NCBI GenBank assembly: GCA_977020255.1
Contig: CDROCS010000004.1
Location: 558,001 to 622,000, forward strand
DNA: 64,000 bases
Reading direction: 5' to 3'
DNA from: Obrimoposthia wandeli
Lineage: Eukaryota
Part shown: piece by piece, positions 49,114 to 62,030 of the stretch
Position numbering within the stretch: the stretch's first letter is position 1
Layout of the letters: each line of letters opens with the position of its first letter
The notes under the pieces: model-generated
Databases searched by the model: none
What the model saw: only the letters and a program-made list of their open reading frames with translations
Told to the model about the DNA's origin: nothing
Translations under genes and position numbers: made by a program

Positions 49114-50980
49114 TGTTGGGGTTTCTATATGAAACTGTTTTTCTAATATAGAACCTCTGAATGGAGGGCCCCAACGTGAGTTCTATAGAAGCAGGACTTG
49201 TAGATGTTCGTGGCCTACTTAATGCTATGCTTGCCTGTCTCAATTCTTATCTGAAGGTTTGTTATTTCTAATTTTGAAGGGTTTATAAAAACGCTGTCTA
49301 GTTGTAGGAAATCGTTTATTATTAAACACACTAAGTTAAACACGTTCTAAATTACGTTCTAAAAATGACAATACTATTCCTAAGACTTTCACAAAGTCTC
49401 TACACAAGTGGGGATGATTCACGTATCGATTTTATTTTAGGGTATTTGGTTACTAGAGTCTTTACTCTAATATATGTGCTGAATTTGGAGAGCCGGTGCT
49501 CTAAAAGTATGGTTTAAGTCTAGAGAGTTGTTGCTCTAAAATTATGGGCACGGTAGTTTGTTAATTTTCTGTAGAGTGCTCTCTCTAAATTTATGGGTAA
49601 TGTAGTTTGTTTATCTTCAATTCAGTCTCAAAACTCTTTTAATAAAAATTGGTAACAACTGTGGGCCAATTTTCTAAATCGATTGATATCAGCGCTATAT
49701 ACGATTATTTGAAATTGCAACAATTTTATCTCCAAAACTATCTTCAAAATTCAACGATTTTATCTTCAAAATTAGCTTCACAATTCAACGATTTTATCTC
49801 TAAAACTATCTTTAAAATATTCAAAATTCAACAATTTTATCTTCAAAATTAGCTTCACAATTACACAATTTTATCTCCAAAACTATCTTTAAAATATTCA
49901 AAACTCAACAATTTTATCTTCAAAATTAGTCAGGTTCACCTTCCTCAAATCCGAGAGATAGCTGCGTCCGGTCGAGTTTCCTGGTCCCAGATATCTGTCC
50001 GACAAGACCTCTTTTTGGCTCCTCTCTACTTTTCTAAAAAGGAAAGTTAATTTGTCTTCTGCGTTGTAGACCCACATGTTCTGTTTCTCCTCTGGTTTTT
50101 TGGCTTAATTTCAACTTCGGTTGCTTCTCTTAATTATTATGCAATTTTGGTTCTGTTCCTCGGTTATTATTAGTTTAATAGTTTTTCCTCTTCTGAATTC
50201 GGCCACGCTTCTGGATTTTAGCACTACTAAAAATATCAATGAATTTGATCCTAAGAATTCAAGATGAATACCTGTTTCTGTTCCTCGGTTATTATCAGTT
50301 TAATAGTTTTTTCCTCTTCTGAATTCGGCCACGCTTCTGGATTTTAGCGCTCCTTTAATTTCTTTTTCGAGCCAGCCAATTTGTGTTGCTCGGATTTTAT
50401 CCACGAGTCTTATATATGCCAGAAAGCGTATTGCCACGCTTTTATAATTGCTTTTCTAATGCTGCAGAATTTCTACGAGAGTAATTAATGGATAAAATCT
50501 CAAATCCACTTTACCTTCGGTTTCCTAGACAGTCGCCTGCTGTCTTGTTCTCACGGAGTGGATCGCTTCTCTTGTTGTCCTGGTAAGTGAGCGTAATGGG
50601 AAATTTCTAAATTGATTTTACCTTTTAATCAATTTCTTCTGCAATCCCGAACTGCGCCTCTAATGGGATCCTTAATTGATTTTCTTCTTCTTTAATGTAT
50701 TTCTAGCTTCTTGGGACTTTGTTGAGGCAATATATTCTCTGGCTATTCTTTTTCGGGGCTAATCTTTTTTTTGGACCCTTTTCAATCTAAACTCTCCTTT
50801 ATATACTTACACACGTTTACACATGACCTTCGTAGTCCTAATATTTAATTTATTTTATTTTAATTTCAATAATTCCAATTTTATAATTATTTCTATTTTA
50901 TTTAACCTTGTTCTCAAGGATTTTTATTTTAGTATAAAATCAATTAATTATTTTAAATTAATCAAAACTTATTCCTAACA
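49114..50980 (-). mobile_element. Solo-LTR-like element copy 3 (1867 bp), inverted relative to copy 2
   Basis: TGTTGGGG...ATTCCTAACA termini, ATAT TSD (49110-49113, 50981-50984). Internal array at ~49720-49930 and a direct duplication at ~50150/50275. Confidence 0.85.
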
Positions 50981-51659
50981 ATATTAATACATTTTTTGAA
51001 CTTAAAAGTTTAGTTTAGAAGAAATCAATAATATTAAATTTTAGCATTGTCAAATATATATCACTAAAAACCAATTCAAACTATTTATTAAATTAAACGC
51101 AAACACACTTTCATAAAAACAGTCATACACATTTTTTTACTTCTAAATTAATCCATTCTTCTGTTATTGAACTTTTAAATATTATCATATTTGATTTCGT
51201 TTTTACATATGCAATGAGTTACTGTTACCCTCACATATCCAATGATATTTAAATCTGTGGGATTAGCTGACCAGTCCAGAACATTAGCATTGTTTTCGGT
51301 AAACTCGTTTTTTGGTTTTCGTTACTGGGAAAAATTGAAAAATAAACTTCTTAACTTCAAATTCATTAAAATATCAATTATTGGTAGAGATTTTTTAATG
51401 TATATCTTCAAAGAAAGTGATGATTTGATTATCTTTGTGAGTGTTGCAATATAAATTGCATTTTAAAATAAGATAGAGCAAAAACTGCGGAAGTTCATTT
51501 TGTTTAAATGTATTACATTACTTCCGCAGTTTCGGTTTTATAATAAACAAATACCTATATGGTATGAATAATGCAATTTCAAATTTACAATAACAAAAGT
51601 TCAATTCAATTGATTGTTTATTTCAAGATTTGGTTTCGGTACTATTTTGTAAAACAGTG

Positions 51660-52280
51660 ATCTTTATATGTAAAATTAGTAACATAGCATAAGAAAACAC
51701 GTTACTATTTAGATAACTATAATGCTAACACATACAATTAATACATCAATACTTGATTTTAAAAATTCTTTACTGTCTAACATTCCAATATATCAATTAT
51801 ATCGCTTGCAAGAAATTTTAATCAAATCTGCATGAATTATTTTCAAATTAAAGAAAAGCGAACCAGTGAACAATTAATGAAGCTCCATAAGTTACTGATC
51901 AATGTCAGAATTGAATTCAAAATCCTACTCATTATCACAAAATCGTATTCTCTCACAAAACTCCAAATTTTTTTGATCTTTTCGAGTCTGGTGCAGTGAT
52001 CATGAATATTCATCTGAGGAGCAGCGATTAGCAAGGAAAAGTTTATCTTTAGAAATGTTCAGATACAAAACAGAGTGATGCAATATTTGATATTTATGCT
52101 TCAATTCTTTACAACAATTTACTGATGAATACAACAAATTGTAACAATGTTGAAAAATTCAAGTAGGAGCCTAAGACTTCCCTATTCAGAAAAAATGACG
52201 AATTGTGAAAAACAGGAAACGCTTCTGAGTAACAAATCAAAAACTTAATAGTTTTTAGCGCTATATTAAATATACTACTG
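51660..52280 (+). mobile_element. L2/CR1-clade LINE, 5'-truncated (RT C-terminus + 3' end)
   Basis: TSILDFKNSLLSNIP..QLYRLQ...LMKLHKLLINVRIEFKILL...FDIYASILYNNL...NNVEKFK..KTSLF matches SRLDYCNSLL...LHWLP...RI.FK...APKLWNSL. Confidence 0.8.
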
Positions 52281-53319
52281 TTGTTATTGTTAATGTTAAG
52301 TTATTTATTTCCAAATTGTCATTAAACGACTTCTGAAGCTTTGAAAGAATATCTCAAACCATATATAAAACACATTTAAAAAAGGCACATGAAAAATAAG
52401 AACTGAAAGTATTTTTACAATGCTGATAACAACCACTCATAAATCCTGCTATACTGACAGATACAATTACGGTAGATTACGCTTAGAACAATCGACTACA
52501 TGGTTGTAACTTTCGAAATTGTCTTCTATTACGATTCAAAAATAATTTATGGTGAGAGGTAAAAATAAATGTTTCGTTCCTGAAAACCCTAATTAAAAAT
52601 CACATAAATATTGGAATACAATGAACGAGAGAATTTCTGTGACCGGCAATCCACCACTGCGCTAATCGAGGAAATTTCTGTAGTGAATGTCGTAACAATG
52701 AACTGGCCTTTATTTCATTAGTAATGCAATTGTGTTTAGTTTCGTTTCTCTACCCTATTTCAATAGTTTTGTTTACTTCATTCTCTGAATTTCTTTTCTG
52801 ACTATAATTACATTTCTATGATTTTTTATTGGTTAATTTAACTTTCCAAGTGAAAATATCACGAGAAAATCTACCAAAATTCGCAGTGTATGGAAAATGT
52901 TGTACGAACAAGGAAAAAAGAATTGAATGAAATTTTGTACGGTAATATACATGATAAACAATTATATTAACACAAGGTTTAAAAGTAAAAGTTCACTAAA
53001 TATTTTTACGATACTGATTTAAATAAAATAAATTAATGAATAAAGTAAAAATATAAATATTTTAATCTATTTTGTGCATTTTTAACAACATCTAAATAGA
53101 AAGAATATTTAATGAAAATTTCAAAATAGTATAAAAAATAAGTGAAAAGCATAATTTTCTATGATAACAACATTTAAAAATTCCCTATACAAGTCAAAAG
53201 TTTGGATTTTATTGCAACCTTATTATTTTTTAAGATATTGATTTATACTTTAAATTTAAATATACTTATATTTCAAGCTAAAATTATTGCCTTCGATTAA
53301 CAATTGAAATAAATTTAAT

Positions 53320-54570
53320 TAATATTATCACATGAAAATCCATTGGGACTTTAGGAATGTTAGTTTCATGATAATTAAACTTCCAACAGAATTATAAATG
53401 CATAGCTACTAAATTTTTCGAAAAATATCTAATTAATGAGATAACTACAGCATGCGATTATTACAGAATACTTGTTTCATTTATTTCTTTACTGTTTTAA
53501 TATTTAAATTTATAAATTTATTCTCTTGGAAAACAATTTAAACAAAGCCATCAGAATCATATTCAAATTACTAGATGCAGGAGAAAATTAGTAGGTATGA
53601 CCGGTAATTGAACTGCGGGTCTCATTTCTTGTGAGTTGATAATTCAGCCTCTGAACTATTGCGGCTTCTCCTGTCTCCCGTTAACCCAACTAATGAATTC
53701 TAAGCGGAGTTTATGCACTTAAAATTGTCAACAACTGATTTTTATTAAATATTTATTTTAACAAAATTAAAGAAAATTACTTGAATAAGTGGAAATTTAT
53801 TAAAGCTCCATTGAATGCTGATCAGTCCCAAAATTGAATTTAATACCCCACATTTCATTAAAAAAATATCTCAAGCCTAAATATTTATATTAACATCTCA
53901 AGCTTGGTACACTGAGGATGCATTAGGAGTAACGATGATGACTGCAATTGGCTGACAAATTCTCAAATAATAATCAGAGGGCTGCATTATTTGAAATTTG
54001 GTGTTGATCCACTTTTAAAGTAAAAAAACGTTACTGACATACATTACATCCTTTATGAACCAAACTAAAGAATAATTGATGTATAAAGCTGAATTTCACA
54101 TTATTTGTATTTTGATTCAATTAATAACCATATTACAAATTTTGTGAAATTTCTGTTGCTTTCCTGTTACAAAAATAAACGATTGGCTATATCATCCAGT
54201 TTATTTATTCTTTCTATCAAAAACCCCAAATCAAACGATTTTTGGTATTTAAAAAATAAAATTTCTTAAATTGGTTCAAAAAATGGGGGAAAAAATAAGA
54301 TGAAACCTTATTATTGAAATTGTTAGGAGCCTGAAGATATTTATTTTGAATTTATTATTAAAATATAAATTATATGTTTTAAGTTCAATTTAATTATTAA
54401 TATAAAATTTTAATTAATATATCAGTAACCGTCAAATATTATGTGAATTTCCGTGTTGGTAAAGTGGAAGTGCACTAAATTTAAATAATTTACTGAAAAA
54501 TATAAGAAACTTTAACAATGTTGAAAAATCAAGCAGTCAGTGAAGATTTTACTATTCTTTTTTACTAATA
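53320..54570 (+). mobile_element. Fragments of further L2/CR1 LINE 3' copies
   Basis: Homologous to 51660-52280 and 57300-57800, e.g. GCATGCGAT, AAAGCCATCAGAATC, and AACAATGTTGAAAAATCAAG at ~54515. Confidence 0.45.
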
Positions 54571-55589
54571 ACAAATAGTTGGCGCAATGGAGATATTCAA
54601 AAAGTACCAAAAGATATAATTAGTCATTATATCCAAAGGGATATATCCGAACAAAATTACAGGGAGGCTATTAAAAGGATAATAAAAACCCATCGATATC
54701 CTTAAGTTTATTTTGCTATTTTTTGTCTGATGAATTCTCCTGAACATATAGTATATGTGCTGAATTTCTTTCGTAACTACTTTCAAAGTTTAAACGGTAT
54801 CATGGAAAATCAATTTATTTATTTAAATTAAAGAACTAATTCAAAGATTAACGATATGTTTAATATGTATATCAAAGTTAGTATCCAAATTATTGCAATC
54901 ACTTTAAAAAATAAATAAATTGAATCGGAAATATGCTTATGTAAAATTTAAAATGCAACAATAAAAAATTAGAAATAAAATATTAAAAAAATTTACACAA
55001 AAAAACAACATATTAATTGTTACTTTGTTTAAATAACTGAAAAACATCATTCATTGACTTTGGGAGTGTTTAAATAGTTAATAAATGAGTATTTTTAGTC
55101 AAGATATTAGAACTCAAATTTTCATAAATTGATTAGTTTTCTTTAATTTAATTTAATCTAACCTTTTCTAATTCAAAATAACATTAATGCTTCATATATT
55201 ATGAAATAAGGATGTTCTTCATATTCTACTTATTCTTCGTAAAACCGATATTGGTGCAATCAATTGTGAAAAGTGATTCATTTTGAGATATTATGTTAAG
55301 TATAAAATCATTTAGATTCGTTGTATCCAACAAAATACTCAGATTTATCGAATTGTTCGATATCCAATATGTGCACTAATTCCACTTGTCATAATAACGC
55401 CCATTGCTTTAATACGGTGAGGAACGTTTAATTGTTTTGTTTAAAATTTGTTATGAAACGAGATTTTTTGATGGTTAAGAGTGTGTGAAGGTTGCAGTTG
55501 TTTGAAATACGTCAACTTTTTAATTAGGATTCGATAAATTCTCATCTTCTGGAAAACTTAAATATGTCAAAGATTAGCTGCTAACGTTT

Positions 55590-56050
55590 ACTGACAATCC
55601 GGGATGAAACTGTGCTACGAAACCATCAACAGGTTTGCTGTAGAGTCTGATGTTATGCGTGTCACGGGAAGAAACTTGGCTATGACCCGGCATCCAAACA
55701 GACATCAATGCAATGGCCAATAATTACAAAGTCCAGGTAAATCGCTTGCCAAACGGCGAATGCAACACGATATCTCGATGCACTTGACAATCTGAAAGAT
55801 CCTACAGAAGTGACATGAAGAGCAAATTTAAATATAAAGTGTTGTTTCATCATGTTAATGCCCCATCCCGTACAAGCATAAGCTGCTCGTCTCTTGTTGG
55901 CCACGGGTTTGGAAATGCTTCATCGGCCACATTATAATCCTGACCAGGCCACTTGTGACTTTCAATCGCCCCAGATAAAGAGAAAGTTACAGGGCATTTG
56001 CGAGATCAAAGAGACAGCAGTTGATGACATTTTTTCTATGTTTTTTTCTG
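55590..56050 (+). mobile_element. mariner transposase remnant
   Basis: VTG..TW.GYDPASKQTSMQW; VLFHHVNAPSRTS; EMLHRPHYNPDQATCDF...IKRKLQG matches HDNAP.HT...HPPYSPDLAPCDF. Confidence 0.8.
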
Positions 56051-56699
56051 TTAGTGCCAAAGTGATTATGCAGAAAAATTGGATTGCTGAATTTATGGTT
56101 CCACAGACTAATTTGTTTTTATCTGTAAAATGTGTCTCCCGAAAACTCAAAAACCTTAATCTGAACCCAAAGGGGCTACATCAAAAAGGCCTACTACTTC
56201 CAATGCTGCAGAAGCTTGTAAAGGCACAATTGTGTATTGGCGAGAATTGTGACTATGGTTCGTTCAGCAGTCGGTCTATTTGCTCTGAACTCAGTTTGTT
56301 TGCTCTGTCACTCAACATATTCTCTCTGGTTGTGCTACCACACAGTAATTCAACTACACATGAACAATAGTTTTCTACAAATCGTCAAACACGACGTAGC
56401 TGATTTTAAATTTAATAAACCCACTAACCGCAAAAATTATTTAGCGTAGATGTTCAAATTTTGCTATTACTTTTTCATTAGTATTTATTTTAGAGATGGT
56501 TTCTACTTACTTATAACGAAACTTATCAAGCTGACTATACGATTGTGGGTTGATGTTTTGCTCACTAGATCTTATTATTTGCAACTAAAGCTGCGATTCT
56601 CTGTTAATTTGTTTTAACAAAAATAGGAAATCATCATGTCAGTTTATTATGTTCTCCAACAGCATAACACAGCATATATTAATTTAGTATCTAGCCAAT

Positions 56700-57800
56700 G
56701 ATAAATCAGAGCCACTGAATGAATTCTTCAAATTTCGTAGAACTTCGTGAATCTTATTGAACAGATGTGAAATGATTTGAAAGCTATTTAACCTTCTGAC
56801 AAGTATTCAACAATTGATGGTGAGTTTTCCAGTATACCATGATTAGAATATGGAGTATCAAATGATCTACCCAAGGTCTGATTTTGTGTCTTATACATGC
56901 AAGTTCGATTAAGAATATATTCGTTCAATTTGAAATGCAATATCATTTATTGCTGATGACATACAACTGCATAGGGGATGTAAGTTAAGCTACAATATAG
57001 ATAATGTGAGAAAATTGAAGATGTATCGAATGAAATAAAAATAGGGATTCAAAAGTACTTTAAAATTGTTAATCCAGTTAAAAAGCTACATTAACTTTGG
57101 TAACATATATATATACAGAAGATTCAATCAAAAAGAGAGGATTTATTCATGATAAGTTAAGAATATTGTTAAAATATGTATCTATCAAATAAGATTAATA
57201 AGTACACTTAGAAAATATTTATCAAAATATTTTTAATTTAAAAATTGAAATAAATTACAATGGTTTACAATCCTCAATGAAAATATGACAAACATTTGTC
57301 AAATTATAAATTGATAAGAATGTCCAACAGTCATATCAAAAAAAATTATCTGAAAAGAAAAAATATAACTACTGAAATAACTGCAATACTAGCGCATGCG
57401 ATTTTTATATTAAGCTTTGATTTTAAAAGTATTTACTGTTTAATATACGAGCTTATCGATTAAATTATTTACAGGAAATATTAAATAAAGTCGTCAAAAT
57501 TACATTCAATTACAAAAAGAGCCAGCACAAGTGATCACTTAATAAAGATCCATTAGCTACAGATAAATGCCAGATTTGAATTCCAGAATCTACTTATTAT
57601 AAAAAATGTCTTCTCTCACAAATGCCAAAATATTTACATGATACTCTCGGGTTTGGTGCAGAAAAATTGTTAAAAAGTCTCAATTAACTAACAAAGTGAT
57701 GTAATATTTGAAATCTGTGCTCTAAATTTTTACAACAATCTACCGGTGAAGGGAAGAAACTGTAACAATGTTACGATGAATAATGGAAATGGGAAGCGAA
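56700..57800 (+). mobile_element. L2/CR1 LINE remnant including the RT catalytic region
   Basis: FESYL...LEYGVS...QYHL.ADDIQL (GVPQGS...YADD region, ~56770-56970), followed by a 3' part homologous to the other copies. Confidence 0.7.
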
Positions 57801-58169
57801 TTAGAGTGATAAATATATTTTCGTAACTTTCTAATTTGTAAATACGAAAAAAAACTATTAAGTTTGTTTAATTAAGGTGCACGCAATATTCATTACCAGC
57901 TGCCACATAGCTAGAATATCTAATGATTTAGATTTCACCATTCTTCCCATCGCATGTATTTTACCGAACTTAACCCCTCTAATTTCTATTTGTTCAATAC
58001 GTCTAAGAAATTTCAAAAGTTCCTATGAAATAACCAAAACGTACTGAATGTTTTCAAAGGGCATTCCACGTTCTTCCTGATGGATGGAAAAAGTGTGTTC
58101 AGTATAATGATGCCTATCTATAAAATAATAATACTTAATACTGCATTTTTGTTAATAAAAATATGTTGT

Positions 58170-58840
58170 TTTATTTTTAAGCTATAGAACTTTCTAAACA
58201 TGAGACAGTTGTTTTTGACAGCTTTCACAAGGCAGAATTGGAAGTCGTAGATCTTTGCACTGCACCCTACTGAGCTGAATCTTTTGCGAGTTCCTGGATT
58301 GAGGAGACCGACAGGCTGAGTTGACGGAGAACGTCTTTGTTATCGAGGCGCCAGCAGTCGCAAATGCCAAAGGAGACAGTGTTAAATAAATAACATTCAA
58401 CCGGGAAAACTTCGTACTTGGTCTCGTTGCGGCTCTGTGCCATCGCTAAATTGTTTATTTTGTCGGAGTTTCAAGGAGAATGAGGCGGTTCTTGTGCTCG
58501 CCTAAGATTTATAGTTCTAATAAAATATCTGGCCTCACAAATTTTTATTGCAAATCCAAGCTAATGGTGTCAATAATTTGGCAGGAGTTCAAAGATATTT
58601 CTTGCCAGTTCGATATTTCTAAAGCCAACGAAATTCCTGTTTGTGCCCAGGTATCAAGCTATGATTGTGTTGCTCTCGCCATTGCCGGTAACATCAGTTT
58701 CGGTGGCAAGAACCACTCCGAGAGACTGATCGGATGTCAAGCCCTACACCCAGTTTGCCGTCAACCAAGATCGCGATGTCTTCCTACTTACAAAGACGAT
58801 CGCCATGGGCACAGTTGTCAATGTCCAGAGGGAAAAGTCG
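58170..58840 (+). pseudogene. Degenerate coding-like island, possibly WD40/beta-propeller
   Basis: GC-richer, with C-ending codons. Segments FHKAELEVVDLCTAPY*AESFASS, VK*ITFNRENFVLGLVAA and DVKPYTQFAVNQDRDVFLL fall in shifting frames with stops. Confidence 0.3.
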
Positions 58841-60039
58841 GTCAGTAAATTACTTTGTTTGCCCCTTCGTTTATATTTAAAGAAAAAACGTATTTTAATG
58901 TCATTTAAATGTGCAAATTTGAGGTTTTGTGCGTCTATTTTAAACATAAATTTTATTTAAAAAAATAAAAAATTTAAATTGTAATCCAATTAGTTTTGTT
59001 AGTTTCGATTGAGCAAGTAAGCAACGCCTATATTTTTTGCATGTGTCATTGGATTCCTTCATGGGCATTGTTATTATAATTCATAAACGTTTTAAAGACT
59101 AATAACCCCATTTAGTAACTGAGTCCCACAGCAGTTTCCTTCACAACAGAAGGAATTTGGGCCGAAGTACAAAGACTGTAACGTCCTAAACTTATTCTCA
59201 AACTCTAAATGAGTGCGCTCGCTCGATTTAATACGAATGCCAAGTGAACCATTTCTGTTTGATAAACCAAGTAAATATAATTATAACAATGTGAAGAAAA
59301 CATTTGCAACTTGAGGATGACGACACACAGACATATAAAATCCAGAAATATATTATTAGCAATTGTAAGTTAATTCTGCCAAGTAAAGGATAACAGCCAT
59401 ATGAGTCATCAAATGGTCAGAATGTACTTAGGACATTTCAACATGTATACGCGAAAATAAGGCTGTTGTCAAATATAATATACTTTAACAAGAACTTTGT
59501 ACTATAAGATATAAAACATTCTAAGATTTTCTAGTCATTTAGTGATCCTAATCTATTCATTTAAAATCCTAAACTATCAGTTTAAAACTGTTAAATACCT
59601 AGTATGTATTCAATTAAATGATACAAGGTATATTATATATGTAAGATAACCTAATGCAAATATAGTGGTAATGCAATATTTCTTTGAATACGGTAAACAA
59701 TATGTCTTATTTGTTTTGAAAGAAGTGTTAGTATACAAAGTGAATTAATTCAACGTACTTTCGATATTACATATTAACACATTTTAAAAAAAAAATATAA
59801 TAAAATGTTCTTAAGATCAAAGATTGTTAAGACTAGTTATTTCAAACTCAAACTGGTGCACCATCAGACTTGATTTTTAAAATTATTTTCTGTTTAATAT
59901 TTCAGCTTATCAATTAAATCGGTTACAGAAATATTTAAATAAAGCCGCCAAATTTATATTCAAATTAAAGACGTTTTAGTACATGTGAACATTTAATGAA
60001 ATTAGATTCTGTATTATATCCCAAAAACTTAAATATGTA

Positions 60040-60330
60040 TATGATATTCTCGAGCCTGGTGCAGTGAGCATGAATATGCAATCTTATGAGCAATTATGAT
60101 GACTGTGGATTGGTTAAGAAATTATCAAATAACAAAGAGTAATGAAATATTTGAAATTTATGCTCTAAACCTTTACAATAATCTACAGATGAATATTTAT
60201 ACTTTAAGAATGTTGGAAAATTCAAGAAGCAGTCAAAGATTTTATTATTCAGAAAAACAGGAAGCGCATTTGAGTAATAAATCATAGACATTAGATATCA
60301 GCGCTTTATTAAATATATTACTGTTAGTAT
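60040..60330 (+). mobile_element. L2/CR1 LINE 3' end
   Basis: FEIYALNLYNNLQMNI..., CTGGTGCAGTGA.CATGAATAT shared with ~51988, and the same terminal GCGCT.TATTAAATATA..ACTGTT. Confidence 0.7.
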
Positions 60331-60360
60331 TATTATTTTGATGACTGCATTATAATTTTT

Positions 60361-60735
60361 TTGGTGTTTGGAGTAAACATGACTGCATTTAACACTCCAG
60401 GACCCGGATGTACTAATTTTGATCACTACTCCCTTATATCTGGATTCCAGTTCATCATGCTCTCAAATGACTCTGTATTAAATGAATCATTTGGTGGTTC
60501 CCGTTTGTCGCAGAACCAATCAGTTCTCATTGAGTTTGACTTGGTCACAACTTCCCAGACTGGACTCGTGTGTCGAGTCTCACTGAGTTCAGCTAACTAC
60601 ACATTCCAGCTGGAGCTCCAAAACTCAGGACTCTTCTACTCGGATAGTCGTGAATTTAATGTGAGTGTACTTTATGTTGACTTATTTGGGATTGGTGGGA
60701 TCTTATTTATAACTAGATGTCAGCTTCTTCGTTAG
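60361..60735 (+). CDS. Putative exon or fragment of a secreted/surface glycoprotein
   Basis: Open frame (from 60328) in a GC-richer island. 6 of 9 Asn lie in N-x-S/T sequons (NMT, NDS, NES, NQS, NYT, NVS); hydrophobic stretches at both ends. No family recognised. Confidence 0.35.
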   Translation: MVFGVNMTAFNTPGPGCTNFDHYSLISGFQFIMLSNDSVLNESFGGSRLSQNQSVLIEFDLVTTSQTGLVCRVSLSSANYTFQLELQNSGLFYSDSREFNVSVLYVDLFGIGGILFITRCQLLR

Positions 60736-61197
60736 AGTCAGAATTTGTGTCCATCCTTTGCTCCTTCTGGCTGAATTCCTGATTCTTTCAACTGAATCGA
60801 TAATCCTTCTTGTTTCAAACGTCGCTTTTCAAATTAGTCATTGGTGGACATCCAAGATTTGACAGTTGCTATATCAACCCTTATAATGAAATATAAACAA
60901 ATATTTATTCCAATTTAGTTACCAGATGATACAGACTTGTTTCCTAAATGCCCAACTATTCCATGTATAGAGAATTTGAATTTTCCACCGCTCTTCCTAT
61001 TGAGTTGATGGATATTTGTTTAGATGTCTATCCTTAACTGATATACACACAAAACCAGATTGTACCTATATATGTAAAGCTGATTTTCGACGAAGCTGTA
61101 CAAATATGCTGCAAATTTAGACAGTTTGGATAATTATAATTAAATATTTAAAAAGTCAAAAGTGAGTATTTTTAAATGTTTATTGAATTAAAGAAGT

Positions 61198-61334
61198 GTA
61201 AAGTGTCGGTTCTAAAACAATAGCACACAAAGCCCCCCCCCCGAACAAGGCACAAGGAACAAAGCACATCTGGAATTCGTTTAGTCATACAGATGTGCTT
61301 TGTTCCTACTATTGTTTTAGAACCGACACTTTAC
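61198..61334. repeat. 137-bp palindromic (MITE-like) element
   Basis: Perfect 26-bp outer arms (61198-61223, 61309-61334) and perfect 18-bp inner arms (61255-61272, 61290-61307), with a 31-nt bulge on the left. Confidence 0.8.
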
Positions 61335-61744
61335 GTTTTGAAATTTGATTGGTCTTATGCGTCACTTACGATTATGTAGGTTAATATTCTGTAACATTAA
61401 GTATATAGTTCAAAAAAAAAATTAAAAATTAAAAAATTAAAAATTAAAAAAATTCTAAATTCTAAATTAAAAATTTAAATATAGAAATTAAAAAATTAAA
61501 TATGGAAATTAAAATTTTAATTCAAAAATTAAATATGAAAATTAAAAAATTAAAATTTTAAAAATAAAATTTTGAAATTAAACATAATTGACCGTCCCAA
61601 ATTTTTATTTGCAACTATTTAATTTACTTAGTACTGCGACCTCATTCCAGGAGTTAGACTGCCCCGCATAACCGGACAGCTATCGCAGTTTTTATCATAA
61701 GAAACGTTATTGTTTATAGTAGGAGTCTAGTAAAAAGTCTATGT

Positions 61745-61996
61745 TTATACATAATTATATTCATTGTCACAATCCATGCTTTCTTCTTCTTCTTCTTCTT
61801 CTTCTATTTTAATGATTGTTGCAACTTTAGGTTTAAAGTCTCCATTAAACAGGTGATACATATAAAGTTCTTCAATCCTTGAGACAAAAAGTTCTGGTGC
61901 AACAAATAAGTTAAAGTACTTTTCAGTATACTGGGCCATCAATGTAGGGCTCAGGTTATCATAGAGAGCTTGCAATTTTTCTTTAGAAGTAGTCAT
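61745..61996 (-). CDS. Small hypothetical protein with poly-Glu tail, probably a Polinton gene
   Basis: Intact 83-aa ORF downstream of and co-oriented with pPolB, with TATA and CCAAT elements upstream. Confidence 0.55.
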   Translation of the reverse strand: MTTSKEKLQALYDNLSPTLMAQYTEKYFNLFVAPELFVSRIEELYMYHLFNGDFKPKVATIIKIEEEEEEEESMDCDNEYNYV

Positions 61997-62030
61997 TTGA
62001 AATAATTAGAAATTGGTTGATTGAAATGTG

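Noticed and set aside
46976-50980. Single large inverted segmental duplication
   Set aside because: Each arm has its own termini and distinct 4-bp TSD (TCAG vs ATAT), and the interiors differ, so these are two insertions.
56150-56400. Possible restriction-endonuclease-like LINE zinc-knuckle fragment (FALNSVCLLC...)
   Set aside because: The motif is too degraded to support a call without a profile search.
61400-61580. AAAAATT-type repeat
   Set aside because: Simple low-complexity repeat with no further structure.
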